Shown in pieces: positions 54,419 to 63,965 of a DNA stretch of 64,000 nt. Positions within the stretch are counted from its first letter, which is position 1; each line of letters opens with the position of its first letter. A program made the translations under genes and the position numbers. A model generated the notes under the pieces. The model was not told the DNA's origin, ran no database searches, and worked only from the letters and a program-made list of their open reading frames with translations. Location: IMG/VR virus record IMGVR_UViG_3300020054_001201, one strand, 5' to 3'. This DNA comes from an uncultured virus (IMG/VR IMGVR_UViG_3300020054_001201). Its lineage: Duplodnaviria; Heunggongvirae; Uroviricota; Caudoviricetes.

Positions 54419-55584
54419 TGGCACGAAATTATGTAAGAACAGTTCAAGACATGGAGCGTTACTATTACGGTGGCGCTTCTCAGACCGGATACTCCTACGG
54501 AGCAGGTGACATTTTGAAGGCTGACGCGCCTTTGTTGTCCACCACCGCGGGAACCTATCAAGCAATCTATGGCCGAAAGGTTTGGTCGCAACTCAACCAA
54601 GAGTTCAACGCCTTCTCTATTCTGCCCAAGAAGCCTTGGGAGCGAAGTGGATGGCGCATCCTCACGGAGCGCGCTTCGTTCACGAAGGGTGGCGGCATTG
54701 CCGAGAACGGCGTTCTTCCCGACACCTCCAAGCCGGAGTTCCTCCATGTGGCCGCAAAGCCCAAGACTGTCGCGCACACTTTTGACTTGTCCGAAGTGAG
54801 CATGTTCCTTTCCGACAAGGACGACGGTATGGGCGATGTGCGCCAAGTGTTGAAGGAAGAGATGGGTAAGCACCACGCTGAACACATCAACCGAATGCTC
54901 TTGCAGGATGTCACCACCACCGCAGGCAACGACTTTGAATCGCTTGACCGAATCACCTCTGACCCTGCCGTGATGACCACCACCCAAGCAGGTGTTGACG
55001 CTTTGACCGACCACGACATGTATTCCATCACTCGCGATGGTTCCGCCGCTTTCCACAGCGCGGAAGTGGATGTTGGTGGCGACGCTTCAACCGCCGCAAC
55101 CAACCGCAACTTGTCCCTCAACCAAATGGACGGATTGTTCCAGCAACTTTGGACCCGTGGTGGTAACCCGAAGGTCATGCTGACGGGCTACGACACTTTG
55201 ATGCGCGTTCAGCAATTGCTCCAATCCCAACAACGCTTCATGGACTCCAAGCGCGTTACCCCTTCCTACAACGGCGTGAAGGGTGTGCCGGGTCTTGAGG
55301 CTGGATTCATTGTCGCGACCTACAACGGCGTGCCTATGATTCCAACGAAGGACATGCCCGATGACACGGCAACCGCCAGCGGTTCTCTGTCGCGCATCTA
55401 CTACTTGGACACGGACTACCTGTGGTTCCAAACTGCAATCCCAACGCAATACTACGAAAGCGGTATTGAAACGGGCGACCCATTCGCGATTAACCGTCTT
55501 GGACAAGAGGGGCTTTACCGAACGATGGGCGAACTTTGGTGTTCGTTCTTTGGCGCAAGCGGGAGCATTCGCAACCTACAATGA
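54418..55584 (+). CDS. Major capsid protein (HK97 fold)
   Basis: Follows the protease with GGAGGG RBS and TGATG coupling; 388 aa; LPKKPW..SGWR, KPKTVAH, YNGVPMIP, IYYLDTDYL, GLYRTMGEL; strong codon bias. Confidence 0.88.
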   Translation: MARNYVRTVQDMERYYYGGASQTGYSYGAGDILKADAPLLSTTAGTYQAIYGRKVWSQLNQEFNAFSILPKKPWERSGWRILTERASFTKGGGIAENGVLPDTSKPEFLHVAAKPKTVAHTFDLSEVSMFLSDKDDGMGDVRQVLKEEMGKHHAEHINRMLLQDVTTTAGNDFESLDRITSDPAVMTTTQAGVDALTDHDMYSITRDGSAAFHSAEVDVGGDASTAATNRNLSLNQMDGLFQQLWTRGGNPKVMLTGYDTLMRVQQLLQSQQRFMDSKRVTPSYNGVKGVPGLEAGFIVATYNGVPMIPTKDMPDDTATASGSLSRIYYLDTDYLWFQTAIPTQYYESGIETGDPFAINRLGQEGLYRTMGELWCSFFGASGSIRNLQ

Positions 55585-55599
55585 AGGAGATGATGAAAA

Positions 55600-56061
55600 A
55601 TGGCAACAACGAAAGATAACCGAGGAATCCGATATGTGTGTAGCGGAACGGCTACGACTACCGTGAACTTTGACATTGAATTGCAAGCAGGTGCGAGCAA
55701 CAACGACAGCACGACATGGCTGGCAGGTGGAGCCGGGACTTACCCCGGAACTCTTACGCCTTTTGAGCCACGACAGGCTGACGGCACGAACTCGTCTCAA
55801 AGCCCGCGATTGATTGGTCTTACGATGAGTTCTGCTCTTGCAGAAGGCGACACGCTAACGCTCTCCAACGACCCAACGCAAGACGCAGGTGGCGCAGGTA
55901 TCACAACCATTCTTGGTGTTTACACATCGCAGGTTGACGCGACCGCTTCTCTTGGTGTGAGCAAGACCAACGCGCTTGAGTTGACCTTTGATATTGAACT
56001 GACCAGCGACGGCACAACCAACGATACGACGGGTGCTGAACTGCTTCTCATCGTGGTTTGA
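55600..56061 (+). CDS. T/G/S-rich structural protein (head decoration candidate)
   Basis: Directly after the MCP; beta-rich composition. Confidence 0.6.
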   Translation: MATTKDNRGIRYVCSGTATTTVNFDIELQAGASNNDSTTWLAGGAGTYPGTLTPFEPRQADGTNSSQSPRLIGLTMSSALAEGDTLTLSNDPTQDAGGAGITTILGVYTSQVDATASLGVSKTNALELTFDIELTSDGTTNDTTGAELLLIVV

Positions 56062-56071
56062 GGTGTTCTTC

Positions 56072-56446
56072 TTGCCTACGATTACCTACCGAGGACCACG
56101 ACGCGCTGGCGCGAACATGGGTTCTTTGGGTTGGTGGAGTTGGGGACAAGCGCGTGAAGTTAGCGCGGAGTGGCTTGAGTCTTACAGGTCATCCTTTGAG
56201 AACAACAAAGAGTTTCTCATTGAAGGCTTCGCTTACGAAGCCGCGACCGTGGACACAGGCAACGACGGCATCCCCGACATGGGATGGACGAAAGGCGACA
56301 TTCTCGCGTGGATGGAAGAAGAGGGGATTGAATCCTCTTCCCTGTCCACCAAAAAGAAGTTGCTCGCGGCAATTGACGCGCACCTTAACCCCACCGAAGA
56401 CTCTATGAACGAGGCAGAAGAAGCAGAACCAACAGGAGATGAATGA
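56072..56446 (+). CDS. Protein with a C-terminal HeH/LEM-like motif (WTKGDILAWM..GI...TKKKLL)
   Basis: TTG start after a GAGGTG RBS. Confidence 0.65.
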   Translation: MPTITYRGPRRAGANMGSLGWWSWGQAREVSAEWLESYRSSFENNKEFLIEGFAYEAATVDTGNDGIPDMGWTKGDILAWMEEEGIESSSLSTKKKLLAAIDAHLNPTEDSMNEAEEAEPTGDE

Positions 56447-56447
56447 T

Positions 56448-56705
56448 ATGGCATTTGTAAGCGATAACAGACCCCACACTTTGGGCGACTTGATTGTGAT
56501 TACCGGAACCGTCGCGAGCGGCGACACTTCCGTTGAATTGAGCGACTTCCTTTCCGAAGTCCTCATGGTCACGGCTGTGGCGAACACCGCGACTCCCGGC
56601 GGCTCACCTTTGACGGCTGGTATTGACACCACTTCCGCGACCCTTGTTCGCTTCGCGAACCCCGGTGCAAGCGGCGGTCGTTTGATGGTCTTCGGCAAGC
56701 GATGA
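56448..56705 (+). CDS. Small structural protein candidate (85 aa)
   Basis: GGAGATG RBS; beta-rich; located in the head-neck block. Confidence 0.65.
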   Translation: MAFVSDNRPHTLGDLIVITGTVASGDTSVELSDFLSEVLMVTAVANTATPGGSPLTAGIDTTSATLVRFANPGASGGRLMVFGKR

Positions 56706-56716
56706 GGTGATTCACC

Positions 56717-56890
56717 TTGTCCGACACAAAAGTGTTTGAGTTCACACCCAACGAAGGGTGCGAGACAGGCGCGAGTGTGGCCGGTGGCGTGCAGAAGGTC
56801 CTTGACGACTACACCAGCGGGAAGACGGTTGAGGGTATCACCTCTTACACCATGCAGGGCAACCTCTATGTCGTAGTCGTCACCTCGTGA
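56717..56890 (+). CDS. Small protein, 57 aa (MSDTKVFEFTPNEG...LYVVVVTS)
   Basis: Read by hand; TTG start after GAGGTGA; fills the gap. Confidence 0.65.
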   Translation: MSDTKVFEFTPNEGCETGASVAGGVQKVLDDYTSGKTVEGITSYTMQGNLYVVVVTS

Positions 56891-56900
56891 GGTGAGCGAC

Positions 56901-57167
56901 ATGGACTTGAGCGAACTGCAACGCCTTGAGAAACAAGGCTGGCGTAAGGCCGAAGAGTCAATGGTTAAGACCGATGAGCGCGACAAGTTGAAGGGTGTTG
57001 TCAAGCGTCAAAACATGAAGACGCGCAACATCCGAGACATCGTGAACATCGGTTCCGGCACGCGTTGCCGCTTCTGCGGCATGCTCCACTTTTGCTACCT
57101 TGAGCGATGCGGCGCGTGTAAGAAACCAATGCACTACAACCTTGCAAAAACCGAAGAGGTGATTTGA
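56901..57167 (+). CDS. Zn-ribbon protein (CRFCG...CGAC)
   Basis: GAGGTGA RBS; two CxxC pairs. Confidence 0.75.
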   Translation: MDLSELQRLEKQGWRKAEESMVKTDERDKLKGVVKRQNMKTRNIRDIVNIGSGTRCRFCGMLHFCYLERCGACKKPMHYNLAKTEEVI

Positions 57168-58066
57168 TGGTGAGGTTGAGCGGTGATATTGATGGAGACG
57201 ATAATGACGACACTCGTATCAAACCCATGACGGGAAGTAGACACGCTGATACAGCGCAAATTAAAATCATTGGAGACAAACGCGTTCCTGTTGCGTTAGC
57301 ACGAGGAAAAGCAGGTTTAGCGGCGGAACCTCACACCTGCTCGGATTGCGGCGGAACCGTCGCGAGTGGAAATGGAAAAACAGCGTGCGTGAATTGTGGC
57401 CTTGAACACCATCCCGGTTCAGCGGCTTTTGATGAGGCTACCGAACATTACATGGGAGGCGAAAAGCAATACCTTCCCGAAATGCCGAACCAAGTTGATT
57501 TTCAAGCGGTAGGAGATGTAGGGAGTGGGGGAAGCATGAACATGACTGCAACAGGAGAAGGTCGTCGTTTCATGACTGATGACGATTCCGCGACTCAAGC
57601 GACTGATTTTTCTTTTGAAGGAGCAACGGGTCGTAGAGGAACACCCACTTTCAAGAACATACCATTCAAGGGCATTTTTCAAAGAAGCGAAAATCCAATG
57701 GATATGGCTTGGCGTTTGCTCAAAATGACGCCCGAAGAAATGGAGGCTCAAGGTTTTCATGAAGCCGCCGCACAGATGCGTGCAATGCAAGCAGAAGAAG
57801 AGCGCGTCCGTCAACAGGCTCAAGCACAGGCTCCAAAAGAAACACCTCGCGTTCAACAATACGACCTCCAATTAGCGCGACGACGAGCGCAAGAAGAGTT
57901 TGAACAAAAACTCCGTCGCGCTCGCAAAGACTCACGCGGTGGTAGAGTTGACCACCTGTTCCCCGACATACACGCATTCCACCAAGAACACGGAAGACTA
58001 CCTAAAATGCCGAAAAACTTGAAAAACAGGTTCCTTGAATATCGCGCGAGAATGGAGGATGAGTGA
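57164..58066 (+). CDS. Zn-ribbon protein with an NPMDMAWRLLK motif and a coiled-coil C-terminal segment
   Basis: CSDC...CVNC; the motif is seen directly. Confidence 0.75.
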   Translation: MMVRLSGDIDGDDNDDTRIKPMTGSRHADTAQIKIIGDKRVPVALARGKAGLAAEPHTCSDCGGTVASGNGKTACVNCGLEHHPGSAAFDEATEHYMGGEKQYLPEMPNQVDFQAVGDVGSGGSMNMTATGEGRRFMTDDDSATQATDFSFEGATGRRGTPTFKNIPFKGIFQRSENPMDMAWRLLKMTPEEMEAQGFHEAAAQMRAMQAEEERVRQQAQAQAPKETPRVQQYDLQLARRRAQEEFEQKLRRARKDSRGGRVDHLFPDIHAFHQEHGRLPKMPKNLKNRFLEYRARMEDE

Positions 58067-59646
58067 TGCCGACCGTATTCCAAACAGGTGAGCGCGAAGG
58101 TCGTCCTCTCTTCCCCGACAGGCTTTACTACACATCCGCACAAAAGGTTGCTGACATTCTTCAAATCCCATTCCCCGACCCTGTTTACTTGGCCGCAGAA
58201 GACGGCTCTACCCATGTTGACATTTCCCCCGCAGACTACCGATTGGTTGGCTTTGAAGTAGGTGATACGATTGAAATTACCAGCGATACCGAAATGGGTG
58301 AAGAGCGAACTATTACAAGCGTTGCTCGCGCTTCCGGCAATGTTCGTCTTTCGTTTGCTGATGCTTTAACAGGAGACTACACGACGGCTGATAACGCGCA
58401 GGTCCAAAACCTTCAATCGTTCACGAACGGCAAACGCAAAGGGGTCACGAAAGCGCAGGTTGAAACACTCATCCTCCGCACCCAAGACAAAATTGACAAC
58501 CTCACGAACAACGCATGGCGACCTATGTTGCAGACGGCTGAATACCTCAACTTTGACACCTACAAGCCCTACCGTCGTCGCTACTACACCGACTATGTGG
58601 GTTCTGTCCCACTCTACTTCCGCAATGTCCAGCAAGTGTTGCGACTTGAGATTTGGCAGGGTGCTGACTATCGCGAGATTGCCGCGGCTGAAATCCGCCT
58701 CAAGGTGGATGACTTCACGCAACTGACGGCTGACACCGACAAAGTGTTTCTATGCCCCGGTGGTGGCGGCGTCGCGACGCTTACGGTTGGGGATGGGACA
58801 TCTAAGTTTCGCGCGCAGTTTGATAATGTCAGCACCGCTCAACAACTCGCTGACCTCATCAATAAGGATGCGCGCAAAGGTAAATCAGCCACGCTGTTTA
58901 GCCCGTCGTTTGAGTTTGAAGACATCACCGAGACTGACGGCGCAACCACCGCAAATGTGCATCACGAGTTCATGGCTTCTGCGAACGCTGACTACGGTGG
59001 CGGTCAACTCAAAATCACCTCTATGCGTCGTGGCGAGGCTGGCGAGAACGCCACCTATGCATGCACCTCCGACGGCATCACCTTTACCGGCGCGACCAGC
59101 ACCGATGTGAAAGTGGTGTCATCCACCGCAACCACCATCGTCGTCAATAGCGTGTCGGGATTGGCTCCCTACGGTATCATCAACATAGGAAGCACTTACG
59201 GTTACTACACCAGCATCAGCGGCACAACGCTCAACGGCGTGACTGACCTCGTAGGCGACATCAGCGCGGCGGCAGTTGCCGATGCAACGCTGAACCAAAA
59301 GAAGTTCAAAATTGACTATGTAGGCACGACCACAGGCGACGAGGCTCGTCTTCGCGATTGGTGGGCTGACTACGACATGGGTGTGATTTACTTCAACAAC
59401 TCCTACCCTTACTTCTCATGGAACGCCGTCAAGGTGTCCTATGTCTACGGAGAGCGGTATGTGGAGAAAGCCATTGAGGACATCTGCACGAAGTTGGTCG
59501 CGATGGATTTGATTCTGTCCGATGACCGTAGCGTGTTGTTGCCCGAAGGAACGCAGAATGTAGACTTGGGGAGCAAGTATCAATTGTTCAAAGCGCAGGT
59601 TGCAGAGACGCTACCGCGCTACACAGAAGTGATGACGGTGTTGTGA
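58063..59646 (+). CDS. Head-tail adaptor/neck protein with large beta-rich insertions
   Basis: YTSAQKVADIL, LILRTQDKIDNLT..AWR, VKVSYVYG...AIEDICTKLVA resemble gp6/gp15-type adaptors; position. Confidence 0.6.
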   Translation: MMPTVFQTGEREGRPLFPDRLYYTSAQKVADILQIPFPDPVYLAAEDGSTHVDISPADYRLVGFEVGDTIEITSDTEMGEERTITSVARASGNVRLSFADALTGDYTTADNAQVQNLQSFTNGKRKGVTKAQVETLILRTQDKIDNLTNNAWRPMLQTAEYLNFDTYKPYRRRYYTDYVGSVPLYFRNVQQVLRLEIWQGADYREIAAAEIRLKVDDFTQLTADTDKVFLCPGGGGVATLTVGDGTSKFRAQFDNVSTAQQLADLINKDARKGKSATLFSPSFEFEDITETDGATTANVHHEFMASANADYGGGQLKITSMRRGEAGENATYACTSDGITFTGATSTDVKVVSSTATTIVVNSVSGLAPYGIINIGSTYGYYTSISGTTLNGVTDLVGDISAAAVADATLNQKKFKIDYVGTTTGDEARLRDWWADYDMGVIYFNNSYPYFSWNAVKVSYVYGERYVEKAIEDICTKLVAMDLILSDDRSVLLPEGTQNVDLGSKYQLFKAQVAETLPRYTEVMTVL

Positions 59647-59650
59647 TAAT

Positions 59651-60154
59651 ATGAATCCGATGAATGAAGCGTGGGTTTTGCTCAAAGCGCGACAGTCGCA
59701 AAGGGTGTATGCCTACGACGATGATTGGCGCGCGCAGGGCGCAACATTACCCCCCGCGCTTTACAACGAGGGAAAAGATAGGGCCTTTTATGAACGAACT
59801 AAGGATGATGGGTCACCTATTGAATGGATTCCCGTGACGAACAAAGAAGGGGATACGGAATTACAATACCTAACGGGAGATGATTTTGACGGCGATGGAA
59901 GCATTGAAGGCGGGTATGCCCCGTGGGGCGGGCGCGCAGGTGTAAGAACCGCCCGACCCGAATCCCGCGTTTCGCGTAGCAACGAGCCTGAGAGGATGTG
60001 GCGATGGGACGACTCCGCTGAACACGCGATGGGTTTTGAGCAAGGGTATAGCGCAAACCTCGGAAAAGTGCGCGGCGCAATCGCCAACCTGCAAAATAAA
60101 CGCGCACTTAGGCAAAATGCAATTCCTCAACAAAGTGTATTCCAACCAAGGTGA
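59651..60154 (+). CDS. Hypothetical protein beginning MNPMNEAWVLLK
   Basis: ORF inserted in the neck block; motif at the N-terminus. Confidence 0.7.
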   Translation: MNPMNEAWVLLKARQSQRVYAYDDDWRAQGATLPPALYNEGKDRAFYERTKDDGSPIEWIPVTNKEGDTELQYLTGDDFDGDGSIEGGYAPWGGRAGVRTARPESRVSRSNEPERMWRWDDSAEHAMGFEQGYSANLGKVRGAIANLQNKRALRQNAIPQQSVFQPR

Positions 60155-60158
60155 TAGT

Positions 60159-60431
60159 ATGCAGAAAGCCATCAATAAGGCTCTCGCGGCGGCTCTTGCG
60201 GAGCCTATCAAGCAAGCGCGCGAGATGAGCATCTTCACCGATGAGGGGCGCATTTTCCTTGACGCGTGCGCTCTTCAATACGACGCGGCAGTCAATGGTA
60301 AGGGGCAAATCATCAAGGAGAATGGCGAGGTCATGAGCGAAGACGACCCCGACTATCAAGCCATTGTTAGCAGAGCAAAAAAACAAGCAAGCGCTCAGTC
60401 GCGTATTGGAGGGTGGCTCAATGGCGCTTGA
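60159..60431 (+). CDS. Hypothetical protein (90 aa)
   Basis: AGGTGA RBS. Confidence 0.65.
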   Translation: MQKAINKALAAALAEPIKQAREMSIFTDEGRIFLDACALQYDAAVNGKGQIIKENGEVMSEDDPDYQAIVSRAKKQASAQSRIGGWLNGA

Positions 60432-60861
60432 ATCAATTGAACTCATGAAGGACATTCTCACCACAGGATGGAATCGTGGGAATACGAACCAACGCACACC
60501 CATCATTGAGGACATCACCACGGTTGAGGCTGGTCGCGGCAAGCGCGTTGACCTCACTAACAAGGATGCGATTTTTCTTTACGAAACATTGCACGCGGAG
60601 GAACAACCCGATGTGTTCTATGATTTCGTTCACACGCGAATCAATGTCACCGTTGATGTGCGCACCATGAACGGGCGAAAGCACCTCATGAAAATGGAGG
60701 ATGAGATTCGGCGCATCATTCATAGCAAGCGAAAAGGCGATGGCGCGAACTTTGACCGATTACTTTACAAAGTGCGAACTGACCTTTCGGACCGGACGAA
60801 GCAACTTCATCGCATGACCTTTCAAGTTGAAATCGTTATATTCTCGGAACTCATCGCGTAA
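60421..60861 (+). CDS. Tail completion/terminator protein candidate
   Basis: ~146 aa alpha/beta protein just before the tail tube; INVTVDVRT...MEDEIRRII...RMTFQVEIV. Confidence 0.6.
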   Translation: MALESIELMKDILTTGWNRGNTNQRTPIIEDITTVEAGRGKRVDLTNKDAIFLYETLHAEEQPDVFYDFVHTRINVTVDVRTMNGRKHLMKMEDEIRRIIHSKRKGDGANFDRLLYKVRTDLSDRTKQLHRMTFQVEIVIFSELIA

Positions 60862-60880
60862 GACAGGGCGGGGCTAATTT

Positions 60881-63064
60881 ATGGTATCAACAGTTTACAA
60901 GGGCGACTTATCCGAAGTCACCTTCGGCAAAGAGAGCGGATTCGCGCTCGCGCATGGTGGCTTCGGTGGAAACCTCTCTTTCAGCACCAATGCCGCGGGA
61001 AGTGTCATCACTTTCAAAGGTAAAGTGGTATCTTACGAATTGAATGCGGCAGGTAGTGGTTATGCGGCGAGTGATACTATCACTACATCAAACGGTGACA
61101 CCATCACCGTTGACACGGTGGCGACAGGTGCAATCGCTACTTTTACGCTGACAGCCGCGGGGAGCAACGCTGTTTCAGTCGGTGACACCGTTACTCAAAG
61201 TTCAACATCGGGAAGTGGGACGGGCGCGACTTTTGATGTTTTAACCCTTAATACCGAAGGATTCTTTGATAACAAAGCAAATCTGCGTTATCCCGCTGGC
61301 ATGCTCGTTGGGTCGCAACTCCGCGTCATCGGCAATGGCGCGTTTAGCGGCGATGATTTCGCAACCACAGGCAACTCCTACACCATCGTCGCTAACAGCG
61401 GCACTACCATCACACTTGACCGTGATTTGAAGACCGCATCCACGGCATCAACTGCGGGCGATGAACTTGTTATCAGCACGATTGCTACGCCGACCATTGA
61501 CACGGGCATGACTTACGACGCTCAAGCCGACTCATCCGACGAATCTGTTCTCACCGACCAATTCATCGGTCTTGCCGCAACGGTTGCTCTACCCGAAACG
61601 AAAGTGGAAATCCGTCAAGCACACATCGTAGGCATTGGTCGCGATGTGGTTATCCAAGAACCTCAACGCTTTGAGAACACAGGTGGCTCAATGGAGATGA
61701 TGTTCAACAGCGCGCGCTGGCTTTACTACTCCCTCGGTCGCGAAGTTGTCAACGAGCCTTCTCAAAGCAAGGCGACGCTTATCGCTACGGTTGACGGAAC
61801 CAACAACTTCGTCAATGTTTCAGCAGGCGACACTTACCTCAAGTTCAACGGCACATTGAGCAACACCCCTGCCGTGGGCGACTACATTCTCATCATTGAT
61901 GGGACGGCGACGAACTTCCCTTCCGACCTTGTTGAGCCAGCAAGCAGTTCGCAATGGGGCGCAGACGGCTTAGGGACAGACATGGAAAACACCGAGCGCA
62001 ACGAGATGCGTCAAGTTCTCTATGTGGACGCTACGAAAAAGCGAATCCATGTGGACGAGCCGTTCTATTTCACTCACACAGGCGGAGCCGCGGGTTTCAC
62101 CGTCAAGTCCTATGCTTACATGGATAACGGTGCAAGCAACGGTTCACCCGACTTTGACACCGCCGCGGCCACCTACGGCAACATCACAAACCGTGTTTCG
62201 CGTCTTCTCTTTTCGGGACCGACCCTACCAACCTTTGCGCTTGAATCCAGCATTCGCACACGCGACACGGGTTCTTACAACGCCAACGCTCTTGACGACG
62301 CCAGCGTAGCCGCGCCGGGAAGCGCCAGCGATAGCAAGCAATTGACGCGCGTTTGGAAAGGATGCAAGGTCAAGGACTTCTCTCTTGCCGCCGATGCTGA
62401 CGCTGAGGCTAAACTCTCCATCAACTTTGACGCGCTTTACTGCTACACCGACACAGGGCGTCTTGAAGACTCCAACAAAGGCGACCGCTACACCGCACAC
62501 CGTATGTTTGAGAACATCGCTAACGGTCCTCTTGAACGCAAGAAGGCGGGTATCGCACCCAACACCGAGAAGCCGTTCTTCTTTTACAACGGGCAAATCA
62601 GTTCGTTTGGAACCAACATCGCGCAAGTCACCAACTTTGCTCTTGAAGGCAACAACAACACCGAAGCCATTTACACCATCCGCGGCAACAGTCAAGCCGA
62701 GAGTGTCAACACCGCTGGTGATTCCCTTGAGCAAATCCCATTCGGAGGTTCTCGCAACGCGAACCTCATGATTGAGAAGAAAATGGAGTATAGCCTCAGC
62801 ATGACGGTCATCGCATCCGACCCCTTGATATGGCACGAGTTCCGCTCTAACCGTAGCCACTCGTTCACCGAACCTATCACGCTCACGCTGACGAAGGCTG
62901 GCGCAGGGACGAATCGCGAACAGGTTATTATTGTCGTTGACGACTACCTCATTGAAACCGCACCCCTCCCCATTCCCGAAGACAAAGGTGTCATCAAGAG
63001 TGAATTGAAAATCAAACCAAAGCATGTGCGAGTGATTTCGCACGATGCTTTCTTGCACATGTGA
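60881..63064 (+). CDS. Major tail (tube) protein with inserted accessory domains
   Basis: YKGDLSEVTFGKES start; LPTFALE, RVWKGCKV, PFFFYNG, NFALEGNNN motifs; precedes the tail chaperone. Confidence 0.7.
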   Translation: MVSTVYKGDLSEVTFGKESGFALAHGGFGGNLSFSTNAAGSVITFKGKVVSYELNAAGSGYAASDTITTSNGDTITVDTVATGAIATFTLTAAGSNAVSVGDTVTQSSTSGSGTGATFDVLTLNTEGFFDNKANLRYPAGMLVGSQLRVIGNGAFSGDDFATTGNSYTIVANSGTTITLDRDLKTASTASTAGDELVISTIATPTIDTGMTYDAQADSSDESVLTDQFIGLAATVALPETKVEIRQAHIVGIGRDVVIQEPQRFENTGGSMEMMFNSARWLYYSLGREVVNEPSQSKATLIATVDGTNNFVNVSAGDTYLKFNGTLSNTPAVGDYILIIDGTATNFPSDLVEPASSSQWGADGLGTDMENTERNEMRQVLYVDATKKRIHVDEPFYFTHTGGAAGFTVKSYAYMDNGASNGSPDFDTAAATYGNITNRVSRLLFSGPTLPTFALESSIRTRDTGSYNANALDDASVAAPGSASDSKQLTRVWKGCKVKDFSLAADADAEAKLSINFDALYCYTDTGRLEDSNKGDRYTAHRMFENIANGPLERKKAGIAPNTEKPFFFYNGQISSFGTNIAQVTNFALEGNNNTEAIYTIRGNSQAESVNTAGDSLEQIPFGGSRNANLMIEKKMEYSLSMTVIASDPLIWHEFRSNRSHSFTEPITLTLTKAGAGTNREQVIIVVDDYLIETAPLPIPEDKGVIKSELKIKPKHVRVISHDAFLHM

Positions 63065-63074
63065 GGTGAAAAAA

Positions 63075-63227
63075 ATGAATCCGATGGTTGACGCTTGGAC
63101 AATTATTATCAAAGGCAACGGCTGTGACGAGTGCGGCAAAAGTGGTTGCCGCGCGAAGATGTGTTGCGATAAGTGCGGGAAGAACAAGTGTTCCGAATGC
63201 ATGGAGAAGCAAGGCGGGTGTGCTTGA
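63075..63227 (+). CDS. Small Cys-rich (metallothionein-like) protein beginning MNPMVDAWTIIIK
   Basis: GAGGTGA RBS; 9 Cys in about 35 aa. Confidence 0.65.
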   Translation: MNPMVDAWTIIIKGNGCDECGKSGCRAKMCCDKCGKNKCSECMEKQGGCA

Positions 63228-63661
63228 TGGCGCGACGAAGCATGCATACGGGCGGCGAACGACCGCTTAGTATTCGTGCTATCGCAGAAGGTGCATTCAT
63301 TGCTGAACCCGTTGAAGAAGTATTCAACCCCGAAGCCGCCAAGACTGACGGCAACCCATTCCCCGAAGAGCAACAGACGGAAGAACAACCCGTTGAAGTT
63401 GCTGAACCCGATTACGAGTCCATGACGGTTGAAGAACTGAAAGCCCTCCTACGGGCGCGCGGTCTTCCCGTCACAGGCACAAAGGCGGAACTCATCACCC
63501 GCCTTGCCGAAGCCGATACCCCCTCCAAAGAGGCAGTTGAAGCCGAGGTTGTCGTTCCCTCCGAAGAGGCCGCGACGAGTGGTGAGGGAGTAAGTGACGA
63601 CAATGCCGAAAATAGCGGACCCAATGAACCTCTTGGTGAACAACCAAGCGGTGGAGCATGA
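63227..63661 (+). CDS. Acidic SAP-domain protein
   Basis: YESMTVEELKALLRARGLPVTGTKAELITRL. Confidence 0.8.
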   Translation: MARRSMHTGGERPLSIRAIAEGAFIAEPVEEVFNPEAAKTDGNPFPEEQQTEEQPVEVAEPDYESMTVEELKALLRARGLPVTGTKAELITRLAEADTPSKEAVEAEVVVPSEEAATSGEGVSDDNAENSGPNEPLGEQPSGGA

Positions 63662-63965
63662 AATACGAGTGGACAAAGACGACGAAGAGGTAGTCATGAA
63701 AGTGTGGGTGAAGGAGTTATCCTTCATGCAACTTCAAGACGCCATCAAAACCTTCGTCACGATTGGCGCGAACGGAAGCGTGGATATTGACCTCGCAAAC
63801 TATTGGCGCTACATGTTCACCAATAGCATTGACCGAACTGAACCCAAGTTGAGCATTCCTCAAATGTTGGCTCTCAAGCCGTTCGTGGCGCAACAAATCA
63901 CCTCGTTGTTGCCGCAACCTCAAGACTTGATGGCGAACCCTTTAGCGGATGGGGCGACCGAGTGA
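63603..63965 (+). CDS. Tail assembly chaperone (gpG-like)
   Basis: Follows the tail tube; VWVKELSF; slippery site near the end. Confidence 0.65.
   Translation: MPKIADPMNLLVNNQAVEHEIRVDKDDEEVVMKVWVKELSFMQLQDAIKTFVTIGANGSVDIDLANYWRYMFTNSIDRTEPKLSIPQMLALKPFVAQQITSLLPQPQDLMANPLADGATE
63938..63944 (+). other. Programmed -1 frameshift heptamer C CCT TTA
   Basis: XXXYYYZ in the correct frame; the -1 frame stays open to the window end (FSGWGDRVNEVYDFMKKPTP). Confidence 0.65.

Noticed and set aside
59878..59900. DDFDGDG as a polymerase catalytic motif
   Set aside because: The protein is only 167 aa; more likely a Ca-binding-type loop or chance.
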